Counted from the first letter of the stretch, positions 19,752 through 30,751 are shown. The stretch is 64,000 nt of DNA from Vulcanimicrobiota bacterium (GCA_963812155.1 CAWETW010000003.1:928001-992000), one strand, 5' to 3'. Made by a program: numbers and translations. Notes: a model not told the origin generated them from the letters alone.

Positions 19752-20863
19752 GAGTTGGAACCACACAAACGCAGGTACATCGTTCGGTGCGCGTCGGCAG
19801 TGCGCTTGATATCGTACGCCTCGCGTGCGTGCCGCTCGGCGCGGTCGGCAAGGGCGCGGCGCAGGTCCGGATTTTTGTGGGCACGTTCGATCTGGGCGGC
19901 GAGGTGTTCCGGCTCGAAGCCGTCCGCGATGAGACCGAAGCGTCCGCCGGCGAGCATATCGGAGGCGCCCAGCCACGGTGTCGTGACGATCGGCACCTTG
20001 GCAAGCATGGCCTCGATCAATGCCAGCGGCATGCCTTCGAACCACGAACTCATCAGGAGCACGTCCGCTCCGGGCAAGATCGACGCGACGTCGGTCCGGT
20101 AGCCGAGAAAGCAAACGCGCCTTGCAATTCCCAAGGCTTTTGCAAAATCGCGCAGCATGGATTCGTTCTCGCCCGCGCCCACGAACAGCAAGACCGATCG
20201 CTCGCGCGTCGCGGTACCGAGCGCGGAAAAAGCGCGCAGCGCTAACGCGTGATTTTTTTGATATTCCATTCGACCGACGAGCACGATCGCGAACTCGTCG
20301 TCGCCGACCATCAGCCGCTCGCGAGCGAGAGCCCGGTCTTCGTGACCGTCGACTAGAGTTACGCCATTTTGAATTGCAAGCATCTTGCCGGGCGGCAGGT
20401 GCTCCTGGCGGCTTAGCGCTGCAACCTGATCGCTAAAAAATGTTACGACGCGCGCGGTCATCCGATGGAGGAGCCAATCCGCCGCTCGTTCGAGCCGCGT
20501 ACGGCGAACGTCACAGGGATTGTGCTCGGTGTGAACGATGCATCGCGCGCCGGCGAGTAAGGCCGCAAAACGTCCCCAGTACTTGCCTACGTGGGTGTGA
20601 GTGTGAACGATATCCGGTTTGAAGCGTCGTATTTGGCGCGCCATTTGCCAGATGAATGCTCGGTCGCGGCGATCTCTGCGGCCGGCGTGTATCAATCGAA
20701 AAGGCAGCTTTTGCCGCAAATCCGCCGGCGGCTCGTAGATCGTGAGAAGGGCGGCATCGATGTCCGGCGACGACAGGTGTCCGAGAAGATCGACGATGAG
20801 CCGCTCGGCGCCGTATCCGCGGATCGACGGTAGAATGTGGAGGACGCGTACCGCCGCGGTCAT
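19748..20863 (-). CDS. Glycosyltransferase family 4
   Basis: VLHILPS..GYGAER, DIVHTH, VGRMEYQKN and EGMPLALIEAM. Confidence 0.9.
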   Translation of the reverse strand: MTAAVRVLHILPSIRGYGAERLIVDLLGHLSSPDIDAALLTIYEPPADLRQKLPFRLIHAGRRDRRDRAFIWQMARQIRRFKPDIVHTHTHVGKYWGRFAALLAGARCIVHTEHNPCDVRRTRLERAADWLLHRMTARVVTFFSDQVAALSRQEHLPPGKMLAIQNGVTLVDGHEDRALARERLMVGDDEFAIVLVGRMEYQKNHALALRAFSALGTATRERSVLLFVGAGENESMLRDFAKALGIARRVCFLGYRTDVASILPGADVLLMSSWFEGMPLALIEAMLAKVPIVTTPWLGASDMLAGGRFGLIADGFEPEHLAAQIERAHKNPDLRRALADRAERHAREAYDIKRTADAHRTMYLRLCGSNS

Positions 20864-22299
20864 GCGGCTCGGTGGAAGAGAAATTCGCAAAGGGTTTGGA
20901 ACAACACCGCGACGTCGAGATAGGGCGACCAGTTTTCGAGGTATTGGAGATCGTAGGCGAGGCGTTCGCCGGCCGCCGACATGTCCACGTTGCGTTTCAT
21001 GTGGACGTGCGACCAGCCCGTGATTCCCGGACGTACCAGGTGACGCTGATCGTAACGCGGCAGCGTCGTCCGAAATAGATCGACGAAGATGGGCCGCTCG
21101 GGCCGGGGACCGACCAGCGACATGTCGCCGCGTAACACGTTGAACAGTTGCGGGAGTTCGTCGATGCTGAAACGCCGCAAAAAGGCGCCGATGCGGGTTT
21201 TTCGCGGATCGTTGCCGGTGGCCCACACGGCGCCGATCGTGCTCTCGGCGTCTTGTCGCATAGAGCGAAACTTCAGAATTCGAAAGGCTTTGCCGCCCAT
21301 GCCGGCTCGCTCTTGCGAATACAAGATCGGCCAGCCGGAATCGATGACGATGGCCACTGCCGCCGCGAGCATGACCGGCGAGAAGAGCATCAGGGCGAGG
21401 CTTCCAAACGCGACGTCCATCAGGCGCTTAACCAGCTGGGCGCGAGGCGAGCACGCGCGCAGGCGAGCCGGAACGATGAGCACTTGTCGTCCGTCAGTCT
21501 GAAGGCTGAGATCGTAGCAGTAGCGGATGACCGTGGGCGGCGCGAAGGCTAGACGAATTCGTTCAGACGCGGCGACCTCGAGAACGTGCGCGAGCAGGTG
21601 CGACGGAATCATCTCGGTGAGGATGAGCGCGTCGCAGCCCCATCTACGCGCGTGGTTGAACCATTCGATGCTCCGGAGTTCCGGATCGCGACTGAGGTCG
21701 ATCTGGCCGATAGCTTCGGCGATGTCGTCGACGACGATAAGTTGGGTTTCCGCACCGTCGGGCAGCTCTAAGCTTTCGAGTACCCGGTCGATATTGTCGG
21801 ACGTTCCGATCAGGCTAACCCTACGGCGGCCCTTGAACCATTCGGCGTGGCGAATGTGGTGGAGCATCGCACGGGACGAGCCGACCAGTACGATCGAAAA
21901 TGCCAAAGCGAAGATCAGTGCAATGCGTGAGGTCGAAATCCCCGGATAGATCGTGAAGAGCACGAGTTGCGGGATCGTTCCGAGCATCAACGCCGCGGTC
22001 GTATAGTAAAGCTCGTCCTTCATCGATAAGGCGTACGTCCGCCGATACAAGCCCAAACGGTCGAAAACGATCACCCAAAGCGCGACGTAGCAGATCTCGG
22101 CGATGAGAAGATGTCCGACGATCCTCGGCGATTGCCAGTGATGGAATCCGATGAGAGCCCCGAGACACGAAGCGACGACGAACAGCGTAACGTCGCTGAT
22201 CACTAAGATCGCGACCCACCTCGCTGGGAATGCGCGAGGAGTGCCCCGTGTAATCGATTTTAGTTGGGGAGCCGGGCGTTCGACTATGCGGGTAGCCAT
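20860..22299 (-). CDS. Priming polyprenyl-phosphate sugar-1-phosphate transferase (WcaJ/WbaP family)
   Basis: N-terminal TMs; KRLMD, KFRSM, DPR.TRIG.FLRR.SIDELPQLFNVLRGDMSLVGPRPE and RPGITGW. Confidence 0.93.
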   Translation of the reverse strand: MATRIVERPAPQLKSITRGTPRAFPARWVAILVISDVTLFVVASCLGALIGFHHWQSPRIVGHLLIAEICYVALWVIVFDRLGLYRRTYALSMKDELYYTTAALMLGTIPQLVLFTIYPGISTSRIALIFALAFSIVLVGSSRAMLHHIRHAEWFKGRRRVSLIGTSDNIDRVLESLELPDGAETQLIVVDDIAEAIGQIDLSRDPELRSIEWFNHARRWGCDALILTEMIPSHLLAHVLEVAASERIRLAFAPPTVIRYCYDLSLQTDGRQVLIVPARLRACSPRAQLVKRLMDVAFGSLALMLFSPVMLAAAVAIVIDSGWPILYSQERAGMGGKAFRILKFRSMRQDAESTIGAVWATGNDPRKTRIGAFLRRFSIDELPQLFNVLRGDMSLVGPRPERPIFVDLFRTTLPRYDQRHLVRPGITGWSHVHMKRNVDMSAAGERLAYDLQYLENWSPYLDVAVLFQTLCEFLFHRAA

Positions 22300-22375
22300 G
22301 AATGTTCAAATGATACGCGCCGGGAAGCCGCGCTCGGAGTGCCGTTAGCACTACGCGGCGTGACTCACGGAGAAA

Positions 22376-22404
22376 AGGACACAAGTCCCTCCATCGAAGG
22401 TCCC
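22376..22404. promoter_or_regulatory. Palindromic operator candidate in the divergent wcaJ-like/wzc promoter region
   Basis: AGGAC-ACAA-GTCCC (22376-22389) followed by half-site AAGGTCCC (22397-22404). Confidence 0.4.
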
Positions 22405-22465
22405 AACCTTTGAGCAGTGTCGTCCTTACGGAGCGACCTCTTCGCAGCGTACTATTTTCAGCACG

Positions 22466-24604
22466 ATGCCAAATATAGCGCCGTTCGGAGGCCCGGCCTC
22501 GTTGACGCAGTACGAAGCGCAACCGAACCGGGTAGACGACAGACGCGACGTTGAACGCCTGTATTCCGCCATTGTAAAACGTTGGCGCGTGTTTGCCGCG
22601 GTTGCGGGTGGATTCGTCGCACTCGTTGCGATCGTCACCATTCTAATGCCGAAATCGTACACGACGACGGTGCGAATGTTGGCGGGCCGGTCCGATACGA
22701 ACGTTGCGAACTCCGATAACAGCACGGCCCTTCCGGTCTTGAACGCCCTCGTGCTGCAGAGTGGGGTCCAGTCGGCCGAAACCTTCGCTGCGCTGGCGCA
22801 GCAGCGCGACATTGCGTCGACCGTCATCAAGCAACTCAACCTGTCGATGACCCCGAAAGAGCTGCTAGGCAGCGTAAGCGTACGGCCGATCGCCAATACC
22901 TCGCTCCTCAATCTCAACGTCAGCGGCAAGAGGCCCGACGAGTCGGCGCAGATCGCCAATGCGTTCTCCAGCGCCTTCGTCGACGAGGAACGCGATTTCG
23001 TGCGTTCCGAAGCGGTTTCGGCGATCGGGTATTTGTCTAAGGAGCTGCCGACCGCCCGTAACCGCATGCGGGCCAGCGCCACACAACTCGCGGAGTTTCA
23101 ATCGGCCCACGGTTATATGGATGCGACGTCCCACGAGCAAGACGTGGTATCGCGCGTCGCCACCGTGGATCAGCGCATCGACCAGTTGACCGTAGACGCG
23201 AGTGAGGCGAAGGCGCTTCTCAACAGCGCGTCGAGCCAAATGGGCGCGCTCTCCAGTACCGTCGACAGCGCAGAGCAGGTGCAGCGCAACCCCGTTTCTT
23301 CCGACTTGCGGTCGAAACTCGCCGACGTCGAGACCCAGCTCGCGACGGCGCGGCAAAAGTATACGCCGGCGCACCCGACCGTCATATCTCTTCAGCAGCA
23401 GCGCGCGGCGCTCATCGCGCAAATCGCGGCTCAACCTTCGGCCGTCATAAGCGAAACGACGGTGGCGCCTAATCCGCTTTATCAATCCCTGCAGCAACAA
23501 GCGGCGACCTATAGAGCTCGCATTCAAGGCGATCAGGCGCAAGTGCGGTCGCTACGAACGCAGCGGCGCGCTTATCACGCCGACGTCAAGTCGCTTCCGC
23601 AACAAGCCGTGCTGTTTGCCGCCATACAAGAACAAGCCAAGCGCGACGCAAACGTCTACAACGCGCTCGAACAAAAGTATAGCGACGCGCTGGTTGCCGG
23701 CTCGACGGCGATTAGCGACATCGTCATCGTTCAGCCCGCGAGTGCCGACGCGGCCATAAAGCGTCCGAGCTTGTCAATGAACCTAGCGATCGCGCTCGCG
23801 GTCGGCCTCCTTCTCGGACTGGCGGTCGTCTACGTTCTCGACGTGATCGAACGCCGGGCTGCCGGGGCCAACGTCGCCGGTCTCCTCGGGCTGCCGGTCG
23901 TCGCGCGGATTCCCGAGCTCGACGTCAAGAATCCTCGTATGTTGGCGTCGGCACAGGCGGTGACCATCGAAGCGTTCCTGCGTCTCTGCGTGACGCTGCG
24001 CCATTCGAACAGGCGCCGTTTGAGAAGTCTCGCGGTTCTGAGCGCCCGTCGCGGCGAAGGCAAGTCTACCATCGCGCTCAACCTCGCCAAGAGTCTATCG
24101 ACGCTTAGCCCGGGCGTTTTGTTGATCGACGCAGACCTCCGCCAGCCGACGCTGCACGAAAAGGCCAACTGCCCCAACACCGCCGGCTTGAGCAACGTGC
24201 TGGACGGCACTATGTCGATGCAGGAAGCGGTCCAGCATCTCGCGCCGGGCCTCGACATCCTCACGAGCGGTTCGGATTCGCTCGCACCGGTGCGGCTGCT
24301 CAACTCCCAATTCGAAGCACTGCTCGTAAAAGCGCGGATGGCCTACGAAACCGTGATCGTCGATACGCCGGCTCTCTCGGCCGTATCCGACGGCCTGATG
24401 GTCGCCGCGCACACCGACGGGTCGCTCCTGGTCGTCGCCGCCAACGCGACCGACGAGAGCGATGCGCGCAAGGCCGTCGATCAGCTGAAGCTCTTCGGTA
24501 TCGATAACGTCCTCGGCGTCGTCGTGAACAAGGACGTGGTGATCATCAGCGATTACGACGACTATTTCGTGCGCATGGGCGCGCTGATGGCGGGATCGGC
24601 GTGA
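22466..24604 (+). CDS. wzc: Wzc-type polysaccharide co-polymerase / BY-kinase
   Basis: Two TMs flanking a coiled-coil; Walker A GEGKST, LIDADLR.P and VIVDTP; short Tyr tail DYDDYF. Confidence 0.88.
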   Translation: MPNIAPFGGPASLTQYEAQPNRVDDRRDVERLYSAIVKRWRVFAAVAGGFVALVAIVTILMPKSYTTTVRMLAGRSDTNVANSDNSTALPVLNALVLQSGVQSAETFAALAQQRDIASTVIKQLNLSMTPKELLGSVSVRPIANTSLLNLNVSGKRPDESAQIANAFSSAFVDEERDFVRSEAVSAIGYLSKELPTARNRMRASATQLAEFQSAHGYMDATSHEQDVVSRVATVDQRIDQLTVDASEAKALLNSASSQMGALSSTVDSAEQVQRNPVSSDLRSKLADVETQLATARQKYTPAHPTVISLQQQRAALIAQIAAQPSAVISETTVAPNPLYQSLQQQAATYRARIQGDQAQVRSLRTQRRAYHADVKSLPQQAVLFAAIQEQAKRDANVYNALEQKYSDALVAGSTAISDIVIVQPASADAAIKRPSLSMNLAIALAVGLLLGLAVVYVLDVIERRAAGANVAGLLGLPVVARIPELDVKNPRMLASAQAVTIEAFLRLCVTLRHSNRRRLRSLAVLSARRGEGKSTIALNLAKSLSTLSPGVLLIDADLRQPTLHEKANCPNTAGLSNVLDGTMSMQEAVQHLAPGLDILTSGSDSLAPVRLLNSQFEALLVKARMAYETVIVDTPALSAVSDGLMVAAHTDGSLLVVAANATDESDARKAVDQLKLFGIDNVLGVVVNKDVVIISDYDDYFVRMGALMAGSA

Positions 24605-25578
24605 ACCGGGTAACGGTCGTCATACCCGCCTACAACGAAGGTCCCGGCCTCGCCGACGCGCTGACGGCGATCGCGACGTATTTCGCGTCGCACGGCGGGA
24701 CGTACGAGTTCTCATACCTCATCGTAGACGACGGTAGCAACGATAACACCTACTCGGTGGCCGAGGCATTCGCGCGCCGGTGCCTGCGTGCTCGCGTTCT
24801 CAGGCACTCGGTAAACCGGGGTCTCGGCGCCGCACTGCGCACCGCCTTCGAAAACGTTCGCACCGACTTCGCCGTCGTGTTGGACGCCGATCTGAGTTAT
24901 TCGCCGGCGACCGCCATGAAGCTGATCGAGGCTTTGGCAATCGAGCGCGCCGACATCGCGCTGGCATCGCCTTATGCCCTCGGCGGAAGCGTGCTCAACG
25001 TTCCGGGGCTGCGCCGTGTGTTGAGCCGCGAAGCAAACCGTTTTCTGTCGCTCGCGACGAACGGACGCTACGCAACCTTGACGTGCATGGTACGCGCCTA
25101 CCGCGTGGCCGCGATGCGCCGTTTGGACTTTCGCGGCGACCGGATGGTCGCCATCGTCGAGATGCTGTTGTGCGCGCTGCGGCAGAACATGCGAGTCGTC
25201 GAAGTTCCCGCAACCCTTGAGTGGAGCGATGCGCGACGCAACGGCGGCCGGCGCATCAACGTCGCCCGGATCGCGTCGCAGATAGCCGCAACGGTGCTTC
25301 TAGGGTGCCGCTACCGTCCGGCGCTCTGGTTTGCGCTGCCCGGACTATTTCCGGGATTGCTGCCGCTGGTCGTTGCCCTGTTGCTGGCTTTTCGCGTAAG
25401 CCGCGCCACCCTGGCAATCGGCACGACCGCAACGATCGTCGTCCAATACACGAGCCTCGCGCTCTTCACCGGTCAAATCACCGCGTTCATCCGTCAAAAA
25501 CTTAACCAAAGACGCCGCTACCGATCGAATGGAGTAAAGAACAATAATGGCCTTAACGTTCCAACCCACACCGCATAG
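24601..25578 (+). CDS. GT2 polyprenyl-phosphate glycosyltransferase (DPM1/ArnC-like)
   Basis: VIPAYNE, IVDDGS.D, N.GLG.A and DADL; two C-terminal TM helices. Confidence 0.88.
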   Translation: MNRVTVVIPAYNEGPGLADALTAIATYFASHGGTYEFSYLIVDDGSNDNTYSVAEAFARRCLRARVLRHSVNRGLGAALRTAFENVRTDFAVVLDADLSYSPATAMKLIEALAIERADIALASPYALGGSVLNVPGLRRVLSREANRFLSLATNGRYATLTCMVRAYRVAAMRRLDFRGDRMVAIVEMLLCALRQNMRVVEVPATLEWSDARRNGGRRINVARIASQIAATVLLGCRYRPALWFALPGLFPGLLPLVVALLLAFRVSRATLAIGTTATIVVQYTSLALFTGQITAFIRQKLNQRRRYRSNGVKNNNGLNVPTHTA

Positions 25579-26788
25579 AGCTCTCCCGTCCGATCAGGAC
25601 GCGTCGGGACGGACTCTGGGCGACGAAGAAATCGCCGCAGTCACCGCCGCTCTGCGAAGCGGTACCCTGACCAGCACGAAGGGCCAGTTCGTTTCACAGC
25701 TAGAGTCGCGGTTTGCATCCATGATGGGCGCAAAATACGCGTACGCGTGCTCGTCCGGGACTGCCGCCATCCATTGCGCGATAGCGGCGCTCGATCTCGA
25801 ACCCGGAGACGAAGTGATTACGACGCCGATTACCGACATGGGCGCGCTTTCGCCGATTCTCTACCAGGGTGCGATTCCGGTATTCGCCGACGTAGATCCG
25901 CGGACGTGCAACGTAACCGCCGCGACGATTTCGGCTCGTATGAGCGATCGAACCAAGGCCATCGTGGTCACCCATTTGTTTGGGAACCCTTGCGAAATGC
26001 CGCAGATCGTCGCGCTCGCCAAAGACGCCGGCATCCCGATAATCGAGGACTGCGCTCAAGCATTTCTCTCGAGCTATAACGGACGGTTCGTCGGAACGAT
26101 CGGCAGCATCGGCTGCTTTAGCCTCCAGCAGGGCAAACACATCACCACGGGTGAGGGCGGCCTGGTCGTCACCGACGATCCCCAGCTCGCCAGGCGGATG
26201 TTCCTTTTCATCAACAAGGCGTGGGGCTACGGCGATCAGCATCCCGATCATTACTTCCTTGCCTTGAACTATCGCATGTCGGAGCTGTGCGGAAGCGTCG
26301 CGTGCGCGCAGCTCGATAAGCTTCCGGCCGTCGTAGCGCGGCGCCGGATGCTCGCCGGAACGCTGACCGAAATGCTTGGGGACGTGCGCGGCATCGCGAC
26401 CCCGACGATTTCGCGGGGCGCGCAGCACAGCTACTGGAAGTACTGCATTAGGACGGACGCCTCGCTGCCGAAAGACGCGGTACTCGAGATGGCAAGATAC
26501 CTGAAGGAACGCGGTATCGCCTCTGCGCCGCGTTACATTCAGAAACCGGCATTCATGTGCGAGGTCTTTGCGCGCCGTAAGACCTTCGGCAGCAGCGGAT
26601 ACCCGTTTAACCTCGCGCGCCCCGAAGCGCTCGATTACGATCCGGCAAGTTATCCAGGGACGCTGGCCGCACTCGAGCGCATCCTCGTCGTTCCCTGGAA
26701 CGACCTTTACAACGAAGACGACGTGCGATACATCGCCGGCGCAATCTCGTCGGCCGCCGCCGATCTCACCTGTGAGGTAGCCTCTTGA
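25547..26788 (+). CDS. DegT/DnrJ/EryC1/StrS PLP-dependent sugar aminotransferase
   Basis: SSGTAAIH, GDEVIT, IEDCAQA and FSLQQGKHITTGEGG. Confidence 0.93.
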   Translation: MALTFQPTPHRALPSDQDASGRTLGDEEIAAVTAALRSGTLTSTKGQFVSQLESRFASMMGAKYAYACSSGTAAIHCAIAALDLEPGDEVITTPITDMGALSPILYQGAIPVFADVDPRTCNVTAATISARMSDRTKAIVVTHLFGNPCEMPQIVALAKDAGIPIIEDCAQAFLSSYNGRFVGTIGSIGCFSLQQGKHITTGEGGLVVTDDPQLARRMFLFINKAWGYGDQHPDHYFLALNYRMSELCGSVACAQLDKLPAVVARRRMLAGTLTEMLGDVRGIATPTISRGAQHSYWKYCIRTDASLPKDAVLEMARYLKERGIASAPRYIQKPAFMCEVFARRKTFGSSGYPFNLARPEALDYDPASYPGTLAALERILVVPWNDLYNEDDVRYIAGAISSAAADLTCEVAS

Positions 26789-27825
26789 AGAAGAAACGTT
26801 TCGCAATCGTCGGTGCCGGCGCAATCGCGCGTGCCTACGAAACCGCCTTCGCGTCCATGGACAACGCCGCCATCGTTGCGGTCTGCGACGTGGAAACGAC
26901 GGCCGCCAAGGAGTACGCGCGACGCGTAGGCTGCTCGGCCTATCCCACGACCCGGCACTTGCTCGCCGGCGCGGAATTCGATGCAGCGGTCGTATGCACG
27001 CCGCCGGTGTCGCACGAAAGCATCACCTGCGAGCTGCTTTCCAACGGCAAACACGTATTGTGCGAGAAACCGCTCGCGGTGAGCGTCACCGCTGCCCAAC
27101 GCATGGTGGCGACGGCGCACCGGAGCCGCGCCATTCTCACGATGGCTTCGAAGTTTCGGTACGCGGCCGACGTGCGTAAGGCGCGAGAGCTGCTGGCGTC
27201 GGGCGCCATCGGGGAGTTGGTTTTTGCGGAGAACGCCTTCACGTCGCACGTCGATATGCGCAATCGGTGGAACTCAAACGCCGCAGTGAGCGGCGGAGGG
27301 GTGCTCATCGATAACGGCACGCACGCCGTCGACGTGCTCCGGTATTTCCTGGGTAATCTGTGCGACATTCAGGTCGTCGAAGGACGCCGCATGCAGGGTT
27401 TGCCCGTCGAAGACACCGTGCGGCTTTTCGTCCATAACGACGACGGCGTCGTAGGGACCTCGGATCTCTCGTGGAGCATCGATAAGGAACTCGAGACCTT
27501 CTTGAGGCTGTACGGACGCCTGGGCACGATTCTGGTCGGATGGAGGGAGTCGCGATTCCGCCGGCGCGGAGAGAGCGACTGGCACGTTTTCGGGAGCGGT
27601 TACGACAAAATCCAGGCGTTTCGCGATCAACTCAACAATTTTTGCGACGCGATCGACGGCACCGACCGCCTCCTGGTAACGGCCGAGGACGGACTGGCCT
27701 CCGTTAAGGTGATTCAGGCCGCGTACGCGGCCCTGGAACGGACGCGCTGGGAGCGCATCGGTTCGCACATCGAAGATCTCGAGATCGCGCCGCTGCGGCT
27801 CACGCGCGAGGCTGCGGCGTCGTAA
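26785..27825 (+). CDS. Gfo/Idh/MocA NAD-dependent oxidoreductase
   Basis: IVGAGAIA, GKHVLCEKP and GGGVLIDNGTH. Confidence 0.92.
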   Translation: MKKKRFAIVGAGAIARAYETAFASMDNAAIVAVCDVETTAAKEYARRVGCSAYPTTRHLLAGAEFDAAVVCTPPVSHESITCELLSNGKHVLCEKPLAVSVTAAQRMVATAHRSRAILTMASKFRYAADVRKARELLASGAIGELVFAENAFTSHVDMRNRWNSNAAVSGGGVLIDNGTHAVDVLRYFLGNLCDIQVVEGRRMQGLPVEDTVRLFVHNDDGVVGTSDLSWSIDKELETFLRLYGRLGTILVGWRESRFRRRGESDWHVFGSGYDKIQAFRDQLNNFCDAIDGTDRLLVTAEDGLASVKVIQAAYAALERTRWERIGSHIEDLEIAPLRLTREAAAS

Positions 27826-27828
27826 AAT

Positions 27829-28440
27829 ATGACCGTCCACCCCACTGCGAACGTCGAGGCGGGCGTCATCATCGGACGGAACACGGCTGTTTGGGACAAC
27901 GTTCACATCCGCCACTCCACGCGCATCGGCGCCGACTGCATCATTGGTGAGAAGTCCTACATCGCCTACGGCGTCGAAATCGGCGATCTGGTAAAAATAA
28001 ACGCCTTCGTGTACGTCTGTACCGCCGTCACTATCGAACGAGGCGTCATGATCGCTGCGGGGGTCGTATTTACCAACGACCGCTGCCCGCGAGCGACGGA
28101 CCCTCGGTTCGATCGCTTGTTGTCTTCGGATCCCGATGAGAAGACGTTGAAGACGCTCGTATGCGAAGGTGCTACGATCGGCGCGCAGGCGACGATCGGG
28201 CCCGGCCTGAGAATCGGGCGCTTTGCGATGATAGGCATGGGCTCCGTCGTAACGCGCGACGTTCCGGATTTTTGCATCGTCGCCGGCAACCCGGCGAAGC
28301 CCGTAGGATTCGCATGCACATGCGGGCGCACGCTGATGCGCCTTACGACCGCGGAAGGGCGCCGGGAACTACGATGCCACACGTGCCTTGCCGAATACGT
28401 GCTCGAAGGGACGAAAGTCACCGAAACGGCGCTGATCTAA
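27829..28440 (+). CDS. Hexapeptide-repeat sugar N-acetyltransferase (WbpD-like) with a C-terminal CxC...CxxC
   Basis: VHPTA, VFTND..PRA, GATIGA.ATI and GSVVTRDVP....AGNPA; CTCG...CHTC. Confidence 0.9.
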   Translation: MTVHPTANVEAGVIIGRNTAVWDNVHIRHSTRIGADCIIGEKSYIAYGVEIGDLVKINAFVYVCTAVTIERGVMIAAGVVFTNDRCPRATDPRFDRLLSSDPDEKTLKTLVCEGATIGAQATIGPGLRIGRFAMIGMGSVVTRDVPDFCIVAGNPAKPVGFACTCGRTLMRLTTAEGRRELRCHTCLAEYVLEGTKVTETALI

Positions 28441-29768
28441 TGCGGTTTGGAATCGTCGGCGGCGGTTTACTCGGGATGACCCTCGCGTGGGATCTTTCGA
28501 AAGCCGGTCACGACGTAACGATACTCGAAGGAGCGCCCCGTTGCGGCGGCCTCGCCGGCCCGTGGCAACTGGGCAACGTCGTTTGGGACCGGCACTACCA
28601 CGTGACGCTGCAAAGCGATCTCGTGTTGCGAGAGCTCTTGCAAGAGCTCGATCTGGAGCCGGATCTGCAATGGGTCAAGACCGGAACGGGCTTTTTCGTC
28701 GATGGAAAGATGCACCCGTTCTCCGGGGCCGCCGATTACGCACGATTTCCGCCTTTGTCCCCGCTGCAAAAATTTCGACTCGCCGCGACGATCCTCAAGG
28801 CATCGCGAATCAAGGACTGGCGCCCCCTCGAGCGATTGACGGCGGTCGAGTGGCTCACGCGGCATTGCGGGCGTACGACCGTCGAGCGCATTTGGCTGCC
28901 GCTGCTACGCGCGAAACTGGGACCGCATGCGACGCGCGCGTCGGCAGCGTTCATCTGGGCCATCATCGCTCGCATGTTTGCGGCCCGCGGAAGCGGACCC
29001 AAGCGCGAAATGTTCGGTTACGTCCGAAACGGATACGCCCGGACGCTGCGCCGATTCGAAGAGAGACTCGCCGCACGTAACGTCGAGATTCGGACGTCGT
29101 ACCGGATCGAGCGAATCGAAGCCGCTCCGGACGGCGTCGCCGTGATTTCCGCCGGCGATTCGATTCGTTTCGACCGTGTCGTCGTTACGTTGGCGGCGCC
29201 GCTGGCCGCGCGGTTGTGTCCGGGCCTGACGGCTCGCGAGCGTGCGCTTTGCGAGGGCGTCGAATACCAAGGCATTATCTGCGCTTCGCTGTTGACCGAT
29301 GCGGCGCTCACGCCGTACTACATCACAAACATCGCCGATGCTACCGTTCCGTTTACGGCGGTCATCGAAATGAGCGCATTGGTGGACAGCAGTGAGTTCG
29401 CGGGCAAATCGCTGATCTATTTGCCGAAATACGTGTCGTCGGACGATCCGGCGTTCTGCATGACCGACGACGAAATCGAGAGCACGTTTCTGGCCGCCTT
29501 GGAGCGAATGCACCCGGCGTTTGCGCGCAGCTCCGTTCGCGCATTTCGAGTCTCTCGAGTACCTTTCGTTTTCCCCATTCCGACCTTGGGCTATTCGGAA
29601 CGCCTGCCTCCAATCAAGACGACCGTCGAAGGGTTATTCATGGCGAACAGCGCTCACATCGTCAACGGGACGCTCAATGTTAATGAGACCGTAAAACTCG
29701 CTCACGGCTTGGTGCCGTCACTTCTCGCGCCTGCGCGACCGTCCGGCTCGCCCGTAGCGGTCGCATGA
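28440..29768 (+). CDS. FAD-dependent oxidoreductase (amine oxidase/protoporphyrinogen oxidase-like family)
   Basis: GIVGGGLLG Rossmann motif, GGLA and DRHYH; ATG overlaps the upstream TAA. Confidence 0.85.
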   Translation: MRFGIVGGGLLGMTLAWDLSKAGHDVTILEGAPRCGGLAGPWQLGNVVWDRHYHVTLQSDLVLRELLQELDLEPDLQWVKTGTGFFVDGKMHPFSGAADYARFPPLSPLQKFRLAATILKASRIKDWRPLERLTAVEWLTRHCGRTTVERIWLPLLRAKLGPHATRASAAFIWAIIARMFAARGSGPKREMFGYVRNGYARTLRRFEERLAARNVEIRTSYRIERIEAAPDGVAVISAGDSIRFDRVVVTLAAPLAARLCPGLTARERALCEGVEYQGIICASLLTDAALTPYYITNIADATVPFTAVIEMSALVDSSEFAGKSLIYLPKYVSSDDPAFCMTDDEIESTFLAALERMHPAFARSSVRAFRVSRVPFVFPIPTLGYSERLPPIKTTVEGLFMANSAHIVNGTLNVNETVKLAHGLVPSLLAPARPSGSPVAVA

Positions 29769-30751
29769 GAGCCTCCCTATCGCTCGACCTCGACAACCAG
29801 TGGTCGTACATGAAAACTCACGGCGACGCGGCTTGGCAATCGTTTCCGTCGTACCTCAACCTGCTGGTTCCGCGAGTGCTCGACGCTTTGGATCGCCTGG
29901 GTTTAAAAATAACGTTCTTCCTCGTCGGACAAGACGCCGCATTGCCCGAGCACGCCGACGTATTCGCCGAGATCGCTCGCCGCGGGCACGAGATCGGCAA
30001 CCACTCGCACCATCACGAGCCGTGGATGCACCAACGCAGCGAAAACGCGATAGAAAGCGAGCTTGCGTGCGCCGAGGAATGTATCGAAAAGGCGACCGGG
30101 CAGCGGCCGCGAGGTTTTCGCGGACCCGGCTTTACCCGGTCCAATTCGATTCTGCAGACGCTCGTGCGACGAGGCTATCTTTACGATGCGTCGTCGCTCC
30201 CGACTTTCATCGGACCGATCGCGCGCGCGTACTACTTCCGCAGTGCGAAGCTCAGCGAATCCGATCGGCGCGAGCGAGAAGATCTCTTCGGCGGTTTCGC
30301 GGACGGGTTTCGGCCGAACCGCCGGCACACGATCGAGCTGCAAAACGGATCGATCACCGAGATTCCGGTCACGACGTTTCCGTTTCTCCGCGTCCCGATT
30401 CACGTTAGCTACGTCCTGTACGCTTCGACGATTTCGCCTGCGGCAGCTCTGGCGTATTTTCGAGCGGCCCTCCAATGGTGCAAGCTTACGCGCACGGAAC
30501 CATCGATACTCTTGCATCCGCTCGACTTTCTATCGGGCGACGAGTGCCGGGAACTGGCTTTCTTCCCAGCGATGAGTATGAATCCCGAAACCAAGCGACG
30601 CGTCGTCATGGAATCGATCGAGGCGCTGGCGAGCGGCTTCGACGTGCGTCCTCTGATCGAGATGGTCGGGCGCGCCGGGGACACGCACGGAACAAATGGT
30701 AAGGTTGCAACCGTTTCCTACAATAGTGGTATTACGACGAAAGTGGGATAG
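29765..30751 (+). CDS. Polysaccharide deacetylase (CE4/NodB-like)
   Basis: SLDLD, TFFLVG, GHEIGNHSHHH, GFRGPG, YDAS, EIPVT and LHP. Confidence 0.9.
   Translation: MRASLSLDLDNQWSYMKTHGDAAWQSFPSYLNLLVPRVLDALDRLGLKITFFLVGQDAALPEHADVFAEIARRGHEIGNHSHHHEPWMHQRSENAIESELACAEECIEKATGQRPRGFRGPGFTRSNSILQTLVRRGYLYDASSLPTFIGPIARAYYFRSAKLSESDRREREDLFGGFADGFRPNRRHTIELQNGSITEIPVTTFPFLRVPIHVSYVLYASTISPAAALAYFRAALQWCKLTRTEPSILLHPLDFLSGDECRELAFFPAMSMNPETKRRVVMESIEALASGFDVRPLIEMVGRAGDTHGTNGKVATVSYNSGITTKVG

Noticed and set aside
28440..29768. Heme biosynthesis hemY/hemG
   Set aside because: Only the general FAD fold is shared, and the gene is embedded in a sugar-modification operon.
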